In this document: piece after piece, positions 17,671 through 25,238 of the stretch | How positions within the stretch are numbered: position 1 is the first letter of the stretch | Layout of the letters: each line of letters opens with the position of its first letter | Assembly (NCBI GenBank): GCA_943370125.1 | Contig: CALRPR020000008.1 | Coordinates: 3,826 to 67,825 of the forward strand | Direction of reading: 5' to 3' | Source of the DNA: Bosea thiooxidans | Lineage (GTDB): Bacteria > Pseudomonadota > Alphaproteobacteria > Acetobacterales > Acetobacteraceae | DNA length: 64,000 bases | Program-made: the position numbers and the translations under genes | Notes under the pieces: generated by a model | Databases searched by the model: none | Told to the model about the DNA's origin: nothing | The model's input: the letters and a program-made list of their open reading frames with translations, nothing else

Positions 17671-19971
17671 TCAGGGAGAGGCGGCGTTTTGTAAGGCACG
17701 CCAAATCCTCTCAGGTGTTGCTGGCATATCGGGCGCCGTCGCGCCACGCAGCGCAAGCGCATCGGCGATGGCGTTCATGACTGTTTGCGGCGCGGCAATG
17801 GCGCCCGCCTGGCCAGAGCCTTTCACACCAAGCGGATTGGCGGCGGTTGGTGTGCCTTCCAGGATCACTTCAATCGCGGGCACATCATCTGCGCGTGGCA
17901 GCGCGTAATCCATCAAGGAACCACTCAGCAATTGGCCTGACTCGCGATCATAAATAATGTCTTCCAGCATGGCCTGGCCGATGCCCTGCACCAGCCCGCC
18001 CTGCACCTGGCCTTGCGTCAGGCGTGGATTCACCAAGCATCCGTAATCATCAACCGCGACATAGCGAATCAGGCGGGCATGGCCGGTGTCTGGGTCAATC
18101 TCCACCTCCGCCGCCTGGCAGCCATTGGGGAAGGTCACAAGGTCGGAGGTATTGTGACCAGATGCAGAAAGCCCAGGCGTGATGCCTTCAGGCAGGCTGG
18201 CCGTATCTTCTGCGGCGCGGGCGAGCTCAGCCAAGGTGATGAAGCGCTCACCTTCAGGTAAGGCAAAGCGCCCATCGGCGAAAGCAAGCGCCGCGGCATC
18301 AGCTTGCAGCAAATGCGCGGCGATGATGCGCGCCTTTTCCATCAGCGCATCCAGGGCCAGCACCAGCGCGCCGCCGCCCAAATGCAGTGATCGCGCGCCA
18401 CCATGGCCATTGCCATTCGGCAGCAATTGCGTATCGGCTTGCTGCACATGCACTTCGGTTGGCGTCAGCCCCAGCCGGTCTGCCACAATCTGCGCATAGC
18501 TTGTCTCATGGCCCTGCCCATTGCTCTGCGTGCCGATGGCAGCGCTGGCTTGCCCCGAAGCATCCACAGAAACGGACGCCCATTCACCCGGCGCACCGCG
18601 CGCGGTTTCCAGAAAACAGGCAATGCCACGGCCAAGCAATATGCCACGCCTTGCTGCTTGTTCCCGCCGCGCGGAAAAACCTACCGCGTCAGAAACCTTG
18701 TCCAATACCGCGAGATTAGCGGCAAAACGTCCGCCATCCACAGCCATGCCCATGGCCGTGCGATGTGGTGCATTGGGCAGCATATTCATGGAACGCAAAG
18801 CAGCAGGATCGCGCCCCAAGCTGCGTGCCGCGGCATCCACCAGCCTTTCGATGATGTAATTCGCCTCTGGCTTGCCGGCCCCGCGATAGGCATCCACCGG
18901 CAGGCTATTGGTGAAGGCGCCGCGTACTTCCAGGTGCATGGAAGGTATCGCGTAAACACCACCCATCGCCGTGGAGAAAGCATTGGTCGGGCAATGCGGG
19001 CCCACCGCGGAAAGATAAGCGCCCATATCGGCAATGCTGCTGATCTCGAGGCCCAGAAAGCGGCCATCATCAGCGAGTGCCAGCCTTGCCTTCGCGCGTA
19101 GATCGCGGCCATGCACGGCGGCGGCGAATTCCTCGCTGGGTTCCGCCTGCCAGGCAATGGCGCGGCCAAGGCGGCGCGCGGCCCAAAGCGCCAGCACATA
19201 TTCCGGAAACAGAAAATTCTTGGCACCAAAGCCGCCGCCTACATCGGGGCAGACAAGATGAAAGGCATCTTCCGGCAGGCGAAACACCGTCGCAAGTTGC
19301 CGGCGAGTGCCATGCACGCCCATGCCGGTAAAAATCAATTCAAACCGACTGCCATCGAAATGCGCTAGCGCCGCGCGCGGTTCAATCGGTACGGCATGGA
19401 CGCGGTTATTGAGCAGATCGAGGCTGATGACGTGATCCGCCTGCGCGAAGGCCGTATCTGTGGCAGCGCGATCACCTTTCAGGAAGCGAAACGCCTCATT
19501 GCCTGGCGCTTGCGGCCAGATTTGCGGTGCCTCCGGGTCAAGGGCGTTGGCGCCATCAATCACGGCGGGCAGTGGGTCATAGCTGACCTCAATCGCCTCA
19601 GCCGCATCTCGCGCGGCCGCGGCGTTGCTTGCGATGATCAAGGCAACCGCTTCGCCTAAATGGCGTACGCGACCCGTGGCGAGTACCGGGCGTGGCGGCA
19701 CCATCATGGGCGAGACACTTGCCACCACCGCCGTGCAAGGAAGCGGCGCCAGATCATCCGCCGCAAGATCAGCACCAGTGAAAACGCCCACCACACCGGG
19801 CATGGCACGCGCTGCTTCCGCGTTGATGTCACCCAATACGGCATGGGCATGGGGCGAGCGCAGCACCACGGCATGCAGCGCATCTGCGGGCAGCATATCG
19901 GAAACGTAACGCCCGCGCCCGGTCAGAAACCGAGCATCTTCCAGCCTTGCAATGGATTTTCCGCTGAACAT
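17671..19971 (-). CDS. Xanthine dehydrogenase-family molybdopterin-binding large subunit (CoxL/CutL-like)
   Basis: RLEDARFLTGRGRY, DVGGGFGAK, AYRGAGKPEANY, QSNGQGHET, FPNGCQAAEVEID, GQVQGGLVQGIG, GVKGSGQAG. Confidence 0.92.
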   Translation of the reverse strand: MFSGKSIARLEDARFLTGRGRYVSDMLPADALHAVVLRSPHAHAVLGDINAEAARAMPGVVGVFTGADLAADDLAPLPCTAVVASVSPMMVPPRPVLATGRVRHLGEAVALIIASNAAAARDAAEAIEVSYDPLPAVIDGANALDPEAPQIWPQAPGNEAFRFLKGDRAATDTAFAQADHVISLDLLNNRVHAVPIEPRAALAHFDGSRFELIFTGMGVHGTRRQLATVFRLPEDAFHLVCPDVGGGFGAKNFLFPEYVLALWAARRLGRAIAWQAEPSEEFAAAVHGRDLRAKARLALADDGRFLGLEISSIADMGAYLSAVGPHCPTNAFSTAMGGVYAIPSMHLEVRGAFTNSLPVDAYRGAGKPEANYIIERLVDAAARSLGRDPAALRSMNMLPNAPHRTAMGMAVDGGRFAANLAVLDKVSDAVGFSARREQAARRGILLGRGIACFLETARGAPGEWASVSVDASGQASAAIGTQSNGQGHETSYAQIVADRLGLTPTEVHVQQADTQLLPNGNGHGGARSLHLGGGALVLALDALMEKARIIAAHLLQADAAALAFADGRFALPEGERFITLAELARAAEDTASLPEGITPGLSASGHNTSDLVTFPNGCQAAEVEIDPDTGHARLIRYVAVDDYGCLVNPRLTQGQVQGGLVQGIGQAMLEDIIYDRESGQLLSGSLMDYALPRADDVPAIEVILEGTPTAANPLGVKGSGQAGAIAAPQTVMNAIADALALRGATAPDMPATPERIWRALQNAASP

Positions 19972-20579
19972 CAGGCGCCTTTGTTCAAGCGCTTGGCGAC
20001 GAATTCAAGCCGATCCTGGCCCCAGAACATATCTTCACCAATCACGTAGCACGGCGCACCGAAGACACCGCGTTCCAGCGCGGCGGCGGTATCGGCCTTG
20101 CGTTGTTCAAGCCAGCGCGGGTCCTCAGCCAGGCGCAGCAGCGCATCCGCATCCAGGCCGCAATCGCGGATCAGCGCGGCCAAGGTAGCGGCATCACCCG
20201 TATCCTGTTCTTCCTGCCAAAGCGCCTTCAGGATGCGATGCGCCAAGCGAATGGCCGGCGCATGGCCCTGGGTTTCACGGAGCGCAACCACGCAGGCCGC
20301 ACCCGGTAATTCATTGGCCGGGGAATGCTTGGGATGAATATTGATCGGAATGCCAAGCGCCTCGCGCCAGCGCTGCAATTCCTGCAAGCGATAGGCTTGC
20401 CGTTGTGGTGAACGCTTGGGCAGCGGCAAACCGCCAGAACCCGCGAAGATGGTGCCAAAATCCACCGGCCAGATGCGAAGCTCCGCGCCATGCTGCGCGG
20501 CCAGCGCTTCAATGCGCGCCGCGCCCAGATGGGTCCAGGGAGAATTGAGCGAAACGTAATAGTCAATCAGCAAAGCCAT
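19971..20579 (-). CDS. 2-hydroxychromene-2-carboxylate isomerase / DsbA-family protein
   Basis: DYYVSLNSPWTHLG, RQAYRLQELQRW, RGVFGAP, FWGQDRL. Confidence 0.88.
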   Translation of the reverse strand: MALLIDYYVSLNSPWTHLGAARIEALAAQHGAELRIWPVDFGTIFAGSGGLPLPKRSPQRQAYRLQELQRWREALGIPINIHPKHSPANELPGAACVVALRETQGHAPAIRLAHRILKALWQEEQDTGDAATLAALIRDCGLDADALLRLAEDPRWLEQRKADTAAALERGVFGAPCYVIGEDMFWGQDRLEFVAKRLNKGA

Positions 20580-20588
20580 GGTGTTTCC

Positions 20589-21218
20589 TCAGGCGATGAT
20601 GGGGCAGGCGGTGGCGGCGCGCACTTCTTCCAGCGTCACGCCGGGGGCAAGATCACGCAAAGCGAAGCCTTCACCCATTGGCGCGAAAAGACCAAGATCG
20701 GTCACCACCAGCGTCACCACGCCTGCGGCAGTAATCGGCAGGCTACAACGCGGAAGCAATCGGGAAGCACCATCACGCGTGCGATGTTCCAACATGATAT
20801 AGACGCGCTGTGCGGAGGCAGCCAAATCCATGGCACCGCCAATGCCACCGCCCTTGGCGCCCTTCAGCTTCCAATTGGCGAAATCGCCATTGGCCGCCAC
20901 TTCATAGGCACCCATCACGGTCACATCCATCCGCCCACCGCGGATCAGCGCGAAGCTATCCGCGTGATGCACAATGGAAGCGCCGGGATTGAGCACGACA
21001 TTCTGCCCGCCCGCATTCACCAGATTGAGATCTTCCGTGCCAGGCGCGCAAACCGCGCCATAGCCGATCACGCCATTTTCAGCATGGAAAATGATATCGC
21101 GATCACCCATGGGCACATCGGCAATCATGGTCGGCATGCCAACACCAAGATTGACCACCCAGCCATCCTGAAATTCGCGCACCAGCCGTTCGGCCATTTG
21201 CATGCGTGTCCAGCTCAT
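20589..21218 (-). CDS. 3-oxoacid CoA-transferase subunit B
   Basis: VNLGVGMPT, HAENG (catalytic Glu), SFALIRGG, GAYEV, GIGGAMDLA, VVTDLG. Confidence 0.9.
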   Translation of the reverse strand: MSWTRMQMAERLVREFQDGWVVNLGVGMPTMIADVPMGDRDIIFHAENGVIGYGAVCAPGTEDLNLVNAGGQNVVLNPGASIVHHADSFALIRGGRMDVTVMGAYEVAANGDFANWKLKGAKGGGIGGAMDLAASAQRVYIMLEHRTRDGASRLLPRCSLPITAAGVVTLVVTDLGLFAPMGEGFALRDLAPGVTLEEVRAATACPIIA

Positions 21219-21949
21219 CGTGCGGCCTCCCGCTTGCGGGTCCAAAGCCCCATGGGTGGCGGCGGTACGCGGATCAGCCGATGCACCACAAGGCCCATTG
21301 TATGGACATCATCGGCATCTATCGCGCCGGCGGGCAGGATATCTTCTTCCACTTCCACAATAGTGGTCTTCGCCGCCATCGCCATCAAGGGATTGAAATT
21401 GCGCTGGCTGCGATGGAAGCGGAGGTTGCCCGCGGTATCCGCTCGCGCGGCACGAATAAAGGCGTAATCCACGGGCAGCGCATATTCCAATAAATAGCGC
21501 CTGCCATTGATCTCCCGCGTTTCGCGCCCTTCGGCCAATTCGGTGCCAACCGCGGTCGGCGTATAGAAGGCGGGAATGCCGGCACCGGCGGCGCGCAACC
21601 GTTCGGCCAAGGTGCCTTGCGGGACGATTTCTGCCTCCACCTCTCCGGATTCAGAGTATTTGGTGAATGGCAGCACATCGGATGCGCGGGTCGCGGCAGT
21701 GAAGGAGCATATCACCTTCGCGACTTGGCCGTTTTCCACCAGCATGCCGATATCGGGCATGCGCGGCTTATGGGCGCCGCCCGTGGTATTGGCGATGCAG
21801 GTCAGGCGCTTGGCGCCACGCCGCGCCAGGGCGGCAATCAGATTATAAGGTGTGCCTGGGCCAGCGAAGCCGCCAATGGCAATCACCGCGCCGTCCGGAA
21901 TATCCGCCACCGCCGCATCGAAATCCGGATAGGTCTTGTTGCGCGCCAT
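21215..21949 (-). CDS. 3-oxoacid CoA-transferase subunit A
   Basis: IAIGGFAG, PQGTLAERLRAAGAGIPAFYTPT, ADTAGNL, NFNPLMAMAA. Confidence 0.9.
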   Translation of the reverse strand: MARNKTYPDFDAAVADIPDGAVIAIGGFAGPGTPYNLIAALARRGAKRLTCIANTTGGAHKPRMPDIGMLVENGQVAKVICSFTAATRASDVLPFTKYSESGEVEAEIVPQGTLAERLRAAGAGIPAFYTPTAVGTELAEGRETREINGRRYLLEYALPVDYAFIRAARADTAGNLRFHRSQRNFNPLMAMAAKTTIVEVEEDILPAGAIDADDVHTMGLVVHRLIRVPPPPMGLWTRKREAAR

Positions 21950-22162
21950 GCGGTGCCCCCTGCAATGTCCCGCTTATGCTTCGCCGAAGTGGCGCCGATG
22001 GCAAGGGGGTAAGCGCGCTTCTGTTCGCGAAGGCCTTGCGGGCTATGGACGAAGAAGGGCGATGAGGGGTCCTCCCCGGGCCGCTGGCCTGTCTCGCTTG
22101 ACAAACAGAACCTTCAAATGATTTGGCTGTGCAACACAATTCGGGGAGGCTTTGCATAAAAT

Positions 22163-22391
22163 GGTCCGTGATATGCGGTGCGCCTAGCAAGGCGGATGCA
22201 ACACGGATTGTGGCGGCGGTCTTGTCTAAGGCAAAGGGGCGAAACTGGGTCGTTAGTACAGAATCGCCGCACACATGGCGGCCCAGCGCTCTTTCAGCAT
22301 TTTTCGTCAAGTGGCTTGGTGATCACAGGGCCATGTTTCCGTCCTGTGACTGGACGCTTGGCCCGGCATCAGGAAGGATCAATACTGATGC
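22163..22391. ncRNA. Candidate structured RNA of unknown family in a 458-bp intergenic region
   Basis: At least four stem-loops (22163-22209, 22209-22274, 22322-22349, 22366-22391), TTGACA at 22098-22103, no credible CDS; no known family recognised. Confidence 0.25.
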
Positions 22392-22407
22392 ACGAAGCGC
22401 AGAGTCT

Positions 22408-22839
22408 CTAACCGACTACCTCCCGCGGCAGCGCGAAAACCCCACTTGCGCGCAAAACGGGCTTGCCATCCGCCATGCAGACCCCTTGCGCGAAGACCAG
22501 CGTGCGGGTGCGGCGCAGCAGGACGGGTTCGCATTGCAGCCAGGTGCCAAGCAAGGCCGGCGCCAGATAGTCCGAATTCAGGCTGATGGTGGTGAAGAAT
22601 CCTGTCACACCGGCCAGAGTGAAGCCACCAATCCCGAGCGCCAGATCAGCAAAAGTCGCCAACATGCCGCCATGGGCCATGTCCTTGCTGTTGCAGTGGC
22701 GCTTTTCAATGCGCAGCCCGAAGGCAAGCGGCCCGTGATCTCGGCGGATCATGATGGGGCCGATGGGTTCCAGAAAAGGCCCTCCGGCGGGGCGGGGCAC
22801 GAAGCCTTCCGGAATGGCGGGGGAGGCAGGGTTATCCAA
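22408..22839 (-). CDS. PaaI-family thioesterase (hotdog fold)
   Basis: HCNSKDMAHGGMLATFAD, TISLNSDYLAPA, RRTRTLVFAQG. Confidence 0.88.
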   Translation of the reverse strand: MDNPASPAIPEGFVPRPAGGPFLEPIGPIMIRRDHGPLAFGLRIEKRHCNSKDMAHGGMLATFADLALGIGGFTLAGVTGFFTTISLNSDYLAPALLGTWLQCEPVLLRRTRTLVFAQGVCMADGKPVLRASGVFALPREVVG

Positions 22840-22975
22840 GGCAGGGCAACTTTCAGGCTGAATAGGGGCCGGAAGCTATACCGGAAGCCGGCCCAGGGAA
22901 ACGCTAGCCCGCTTTTGCCTTGGCTTTGCCCCGATTTCCCCCTAAGCGCGGGGCGACGCGGAGTGATGATTGCCC

Positions 22976-24397
22976 ATGAACGCCAATTCCCCCCAGATCC
23001 TGCCCGTAATCCTGTGCGGTGGCACAGGCACGCGGCTTTGGCCGCTCTCGCGCGAAAGCTACCCGAAGCAATTCTGGCCGCTGGCTTCAGACAAAACCAT
23101 GCTGGCGGAAACCGCCGCGCGCGGTTCCGGCGCCGGCTTCCTGCCGCCGATGGTTGTTTGCAATGAAGCGCATCGCTTCCTGGTCGCCGAGCAATTGCGC
23201 GGCAAGGGCGCTGCCATCGTGTTAGAACCCGTCGGCCGCAATAGTGCGCCCGCCATCGCCGCCGCCGCATTGCTCGCGGAGGAAACCGCGCCCGGTGCTG
23301 TGCTTTGGTTCATGGCTGCCGATGCGGCGATTGGCGATGTGGCTGCGCTGCAAGCCGCGCTTGCCAAGGCCGCCGCGGCGGCGCAAGCGGGTGCGATTGT
23401 CACTTTCGGCATGCAGCCCACCGCGCCGGAGACCGGCTATGGCTATATCGAAACCGGTGATGCACTGCCCGGCAGCGCCGACGTCAAGCGTATTGCGCGC
23501 TTTGTGGAAAAACCTGATGCGGCCCGCGCTGCGGAATTCCTCATAACCGGCCGGTATCTGTGGAATTCCGGCATGTTTGTCGCCACTGCCGCGACCATGC
23601 TGGTCGAGCTTGAAGCCCATGCGCCAGAGGTGCTGAAGGGTGTCCGCGCCGCGGTGGCCGGCGCCACGCGCGATGGGGATTTCATTCGCCTTGAAGCCGC
23701 TGCCTTCACCGCCACACCTTCCATCAGCATTGACTATGCGGTGATGGAGCGTACGCAAAAAGCGGCTGTGGTGCCGGCTTCCATCGGCTGGTCCGATATT
23801 GGTTCCTGGGCCGCGCTATGGGAGAACCAACCGAAGGACGCCGCGGGCAATGCCACCCATGGGCCGGTGGCCTTGGTGGATGCCAAGAATTGCTACATCC
23901 GCAGCGAAGGCATCCTCACCGGCGTGATCGGGCTGGAAGACGTCGTGGTGGTGGTGACCGATGATGCCGTGCTCGCGATGCATCGCGACCACGCGCAGGA
24001 TGTGAAAAAGCTGGTGGATCAATTGAAGGCGCGCGGCGCCAAGGAAGCCACCGAACACCGCCGCGCCTATCGCCCTTGGGGCCACTATGAAGGCCTGATC
24101 ATGGGGGACCGCTTCCAGGTCAAGAAGATCGAAGTCCGCCCCGGCGCAAAGCTTTCCTTGCAAAAGCACTTTCATCGCGCCGAGCATTGGGTGGTGGTTT
24201 CCGGCACTGCCATTGTGCAGCGCGACGGGGAAGAAATCATGCTGCGGGAGAATGAAAGCGTCTATCTGCCGCTGGGCTGCATCCATCGCATGGAAAACCC
24301 GGGCAAGATCCCGCTGACGCTGATTGAGGTGCAGTCCGGATCCTACCTTGGCGAAGATGACATCGTGCGGTTTGAGGATACTTACGGGCGGAGTTGA
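22976..24397 (+). CDS. manC: Mannose-1-phosphate guanylyltransferase / mannose-6-phosphate isomerase
   Basis: LCGGTGTRLWPLSRESYPKQF, EPVGRNSAPA, PETGYGYI, FVEKP, WNSGMF, SIDYAVME, WSDIGSW, C-terminal cupin RPWG...HFHRAEHW. Confidence 0.95.
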   Translation: MNANSPQILPVILCGGTGTRLWPLSRESYPKQFWPLASDKTMLAETAARGSGAGFLPPMVVCNEAHRFLVAEQLRGKGAAIVLEPVGRNSAPAIAAAALLAEETAPGAVLWFMAADAAIGDVAALQAALAKAAAAAQAGAIVTFGMQPTAPETGYGYIETGDALPGSADVKRIARFVEKPDAARAAEFLITGRYLWNSGMFVATAATMLVELEAHAPEVLKGVRAAVAGATRDGDFIRLEAAAFTATPSISIDYAVMERTQKAAVVPASIGWSDIGSWAALWENQPKDAAGNATHGPVALVDAKNCYIRSEGILTGVIGLEDVVVVVTDDAVLAMHRDHAQDVKKLVDQLKARGAKEATEHRRAYRPWGHYEGLIMGDRFQVKKIEVRPGAKLSLQKHFHRAEHWVVVSGTAIVQRDGEEIMLRENESVYLPLGCIHRMENPGKIPLTLIEVQSGSYLGEDDIVRFEDTYGRS

Positions 24398-24460
24398 TTT
24401 TTATCATGTCCTCGCCGGGGTGAATGGTGCAGCCTGCGCGCTTTGCAGGGGGAATTCTGC

Positions 24461-24985
24461 ATGGCCGAGCATCCCGAACCTCATCATCACCGCCATCATA
24501 TCCATTTGCGCACAGCCCTGTCGCGCGCGCGGAAAAGGCGGCGGAGTGAAGGCCCGGCGCCGCCGCTGACGCTCGGTGAAAGGCTTTCCGACCTGGTGGC
24601 GGCAACAGTCGGTTCCTGGCGCTTTATCCTAATCCAGTCCGGGCTATTGGTGGCCTGGCTGATCGCCAATGCAGCCTTTGGCGGTACTGCCTGGGACCCC
24701 TATCCCTTCATCCTGCTGAACCTGATGCTGTCCTTCCAGGCGGCCTATACGGCGCCGATCATTATGATGAGCCAAAACCGCCAGTCAGATATAGACCGCA
24801 TCCGATCCATTGCCGATTACCAGGTGAATATCCGCGCCGAGGCTGAAATCAGCCTGCTGCATGAAAAACTGGACCTCCTGCGCGAACAGCAGGTGGCGGA
24901 GCTGATTTCGTTACTCAAAGCATCCCTGTCCCGTATCGAGGCATTGGAGAACCGTATGCTGCCCGGCCCGCCGCCAGCCCCCTGA
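24461..24985 (+). CDS. DUF1003-domain membrane protein with His-rich N-terminus
   Basis: VGSWRF, WDPYPFILLNLMLSFQAAYTAPIIMMSQNRQ, AEAEI; GGGGA upstream of ATG 24461. Confidence 0.88.
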   Translation: MAEHPEPHHHRHHIHLRTALSRARKRRRSEGPAPPLTLGERLSDLVAATVGSWRFILIQSGLLVAWLIANAAFGGTAWDPYPFILLNLMLSFQAAYTAPIIMMSQNRQSDIDRIRSIADYQVNIRAEAEISLLHEKLDLLREQQVAELISLLKASLSRIEALENRMLPGPPPAP

Positions 24986-25072
24986 AAATCACCCTTCGAC
25001 TGGCCTCCCGGATATGCAAGACTGCCGATCGGCTGTGGCACCCGCCGCGGCCGATGGGTGAGGGGCGCTTGG

Positions 25073-25234
25073 ATGGAATGGATACTGCAAACCCTGATGA
25101 TGATGGGCGCCGCGGCTGCGTCCGTTTTCATCCATCGCGACTCCCCGAATTTCGAAGTTGTCCAGGGCATGATGGCCATTCTGGCGCTGGTCGGCTGCGT
25201 CCTGCTGATCACCTTCGCTTTCCGGAAAAAATAA
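25073..25234 (+). CDS. Small hypothetical membrane protein, 53 aa (absent from the ORF track)
   Basis: MEWILQTLMMMGAAAASVFIHRDSPNFEVVQGMMAILALVGCVLLITFAFRKK; GAGGGG 7 nt upstream; two hydrophobic segments and basic C-terminus; fills the gap and stops 4 nt before the next ATG. Confidence 0.65.
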   Translation: MEWILQTLMMMGAAAASVFIHRDSPNFEVVQGMMAILALVGCVLLITFAFRKK

Positions 25235-25238
25235 CCGC

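Noticed and set aside
17671-19971. Aerobic CO dehydrogenase (also considered for 42513-44840)
   Set aside because: No AYxCSFR motif and no coxS/coxM or accessory genes adjacent.
22145-22155. c-di-GMP-I riboswitch-like GCAAAGCCTCC on the minus strand
   Set aside because: The required upstream GGCAAA / GAAA tetraloop stem is absent.
22236-22252. Two-piece tmRNA 5' end (GGGGCGAAA..GG.TCG)
   Set aside because: No upstream T-arm or CCA acceptor piece, and no tag reading frame.
22123-22407. IS5-like transposase fragment at the start of ORF 22123-23166
   Set aside because: Only a vague resemblance to the IS5 N-terminus; no DDE motif, terminal inverted repeats or target duplication, and the rest of the ORF is antisense to the thioesterase.
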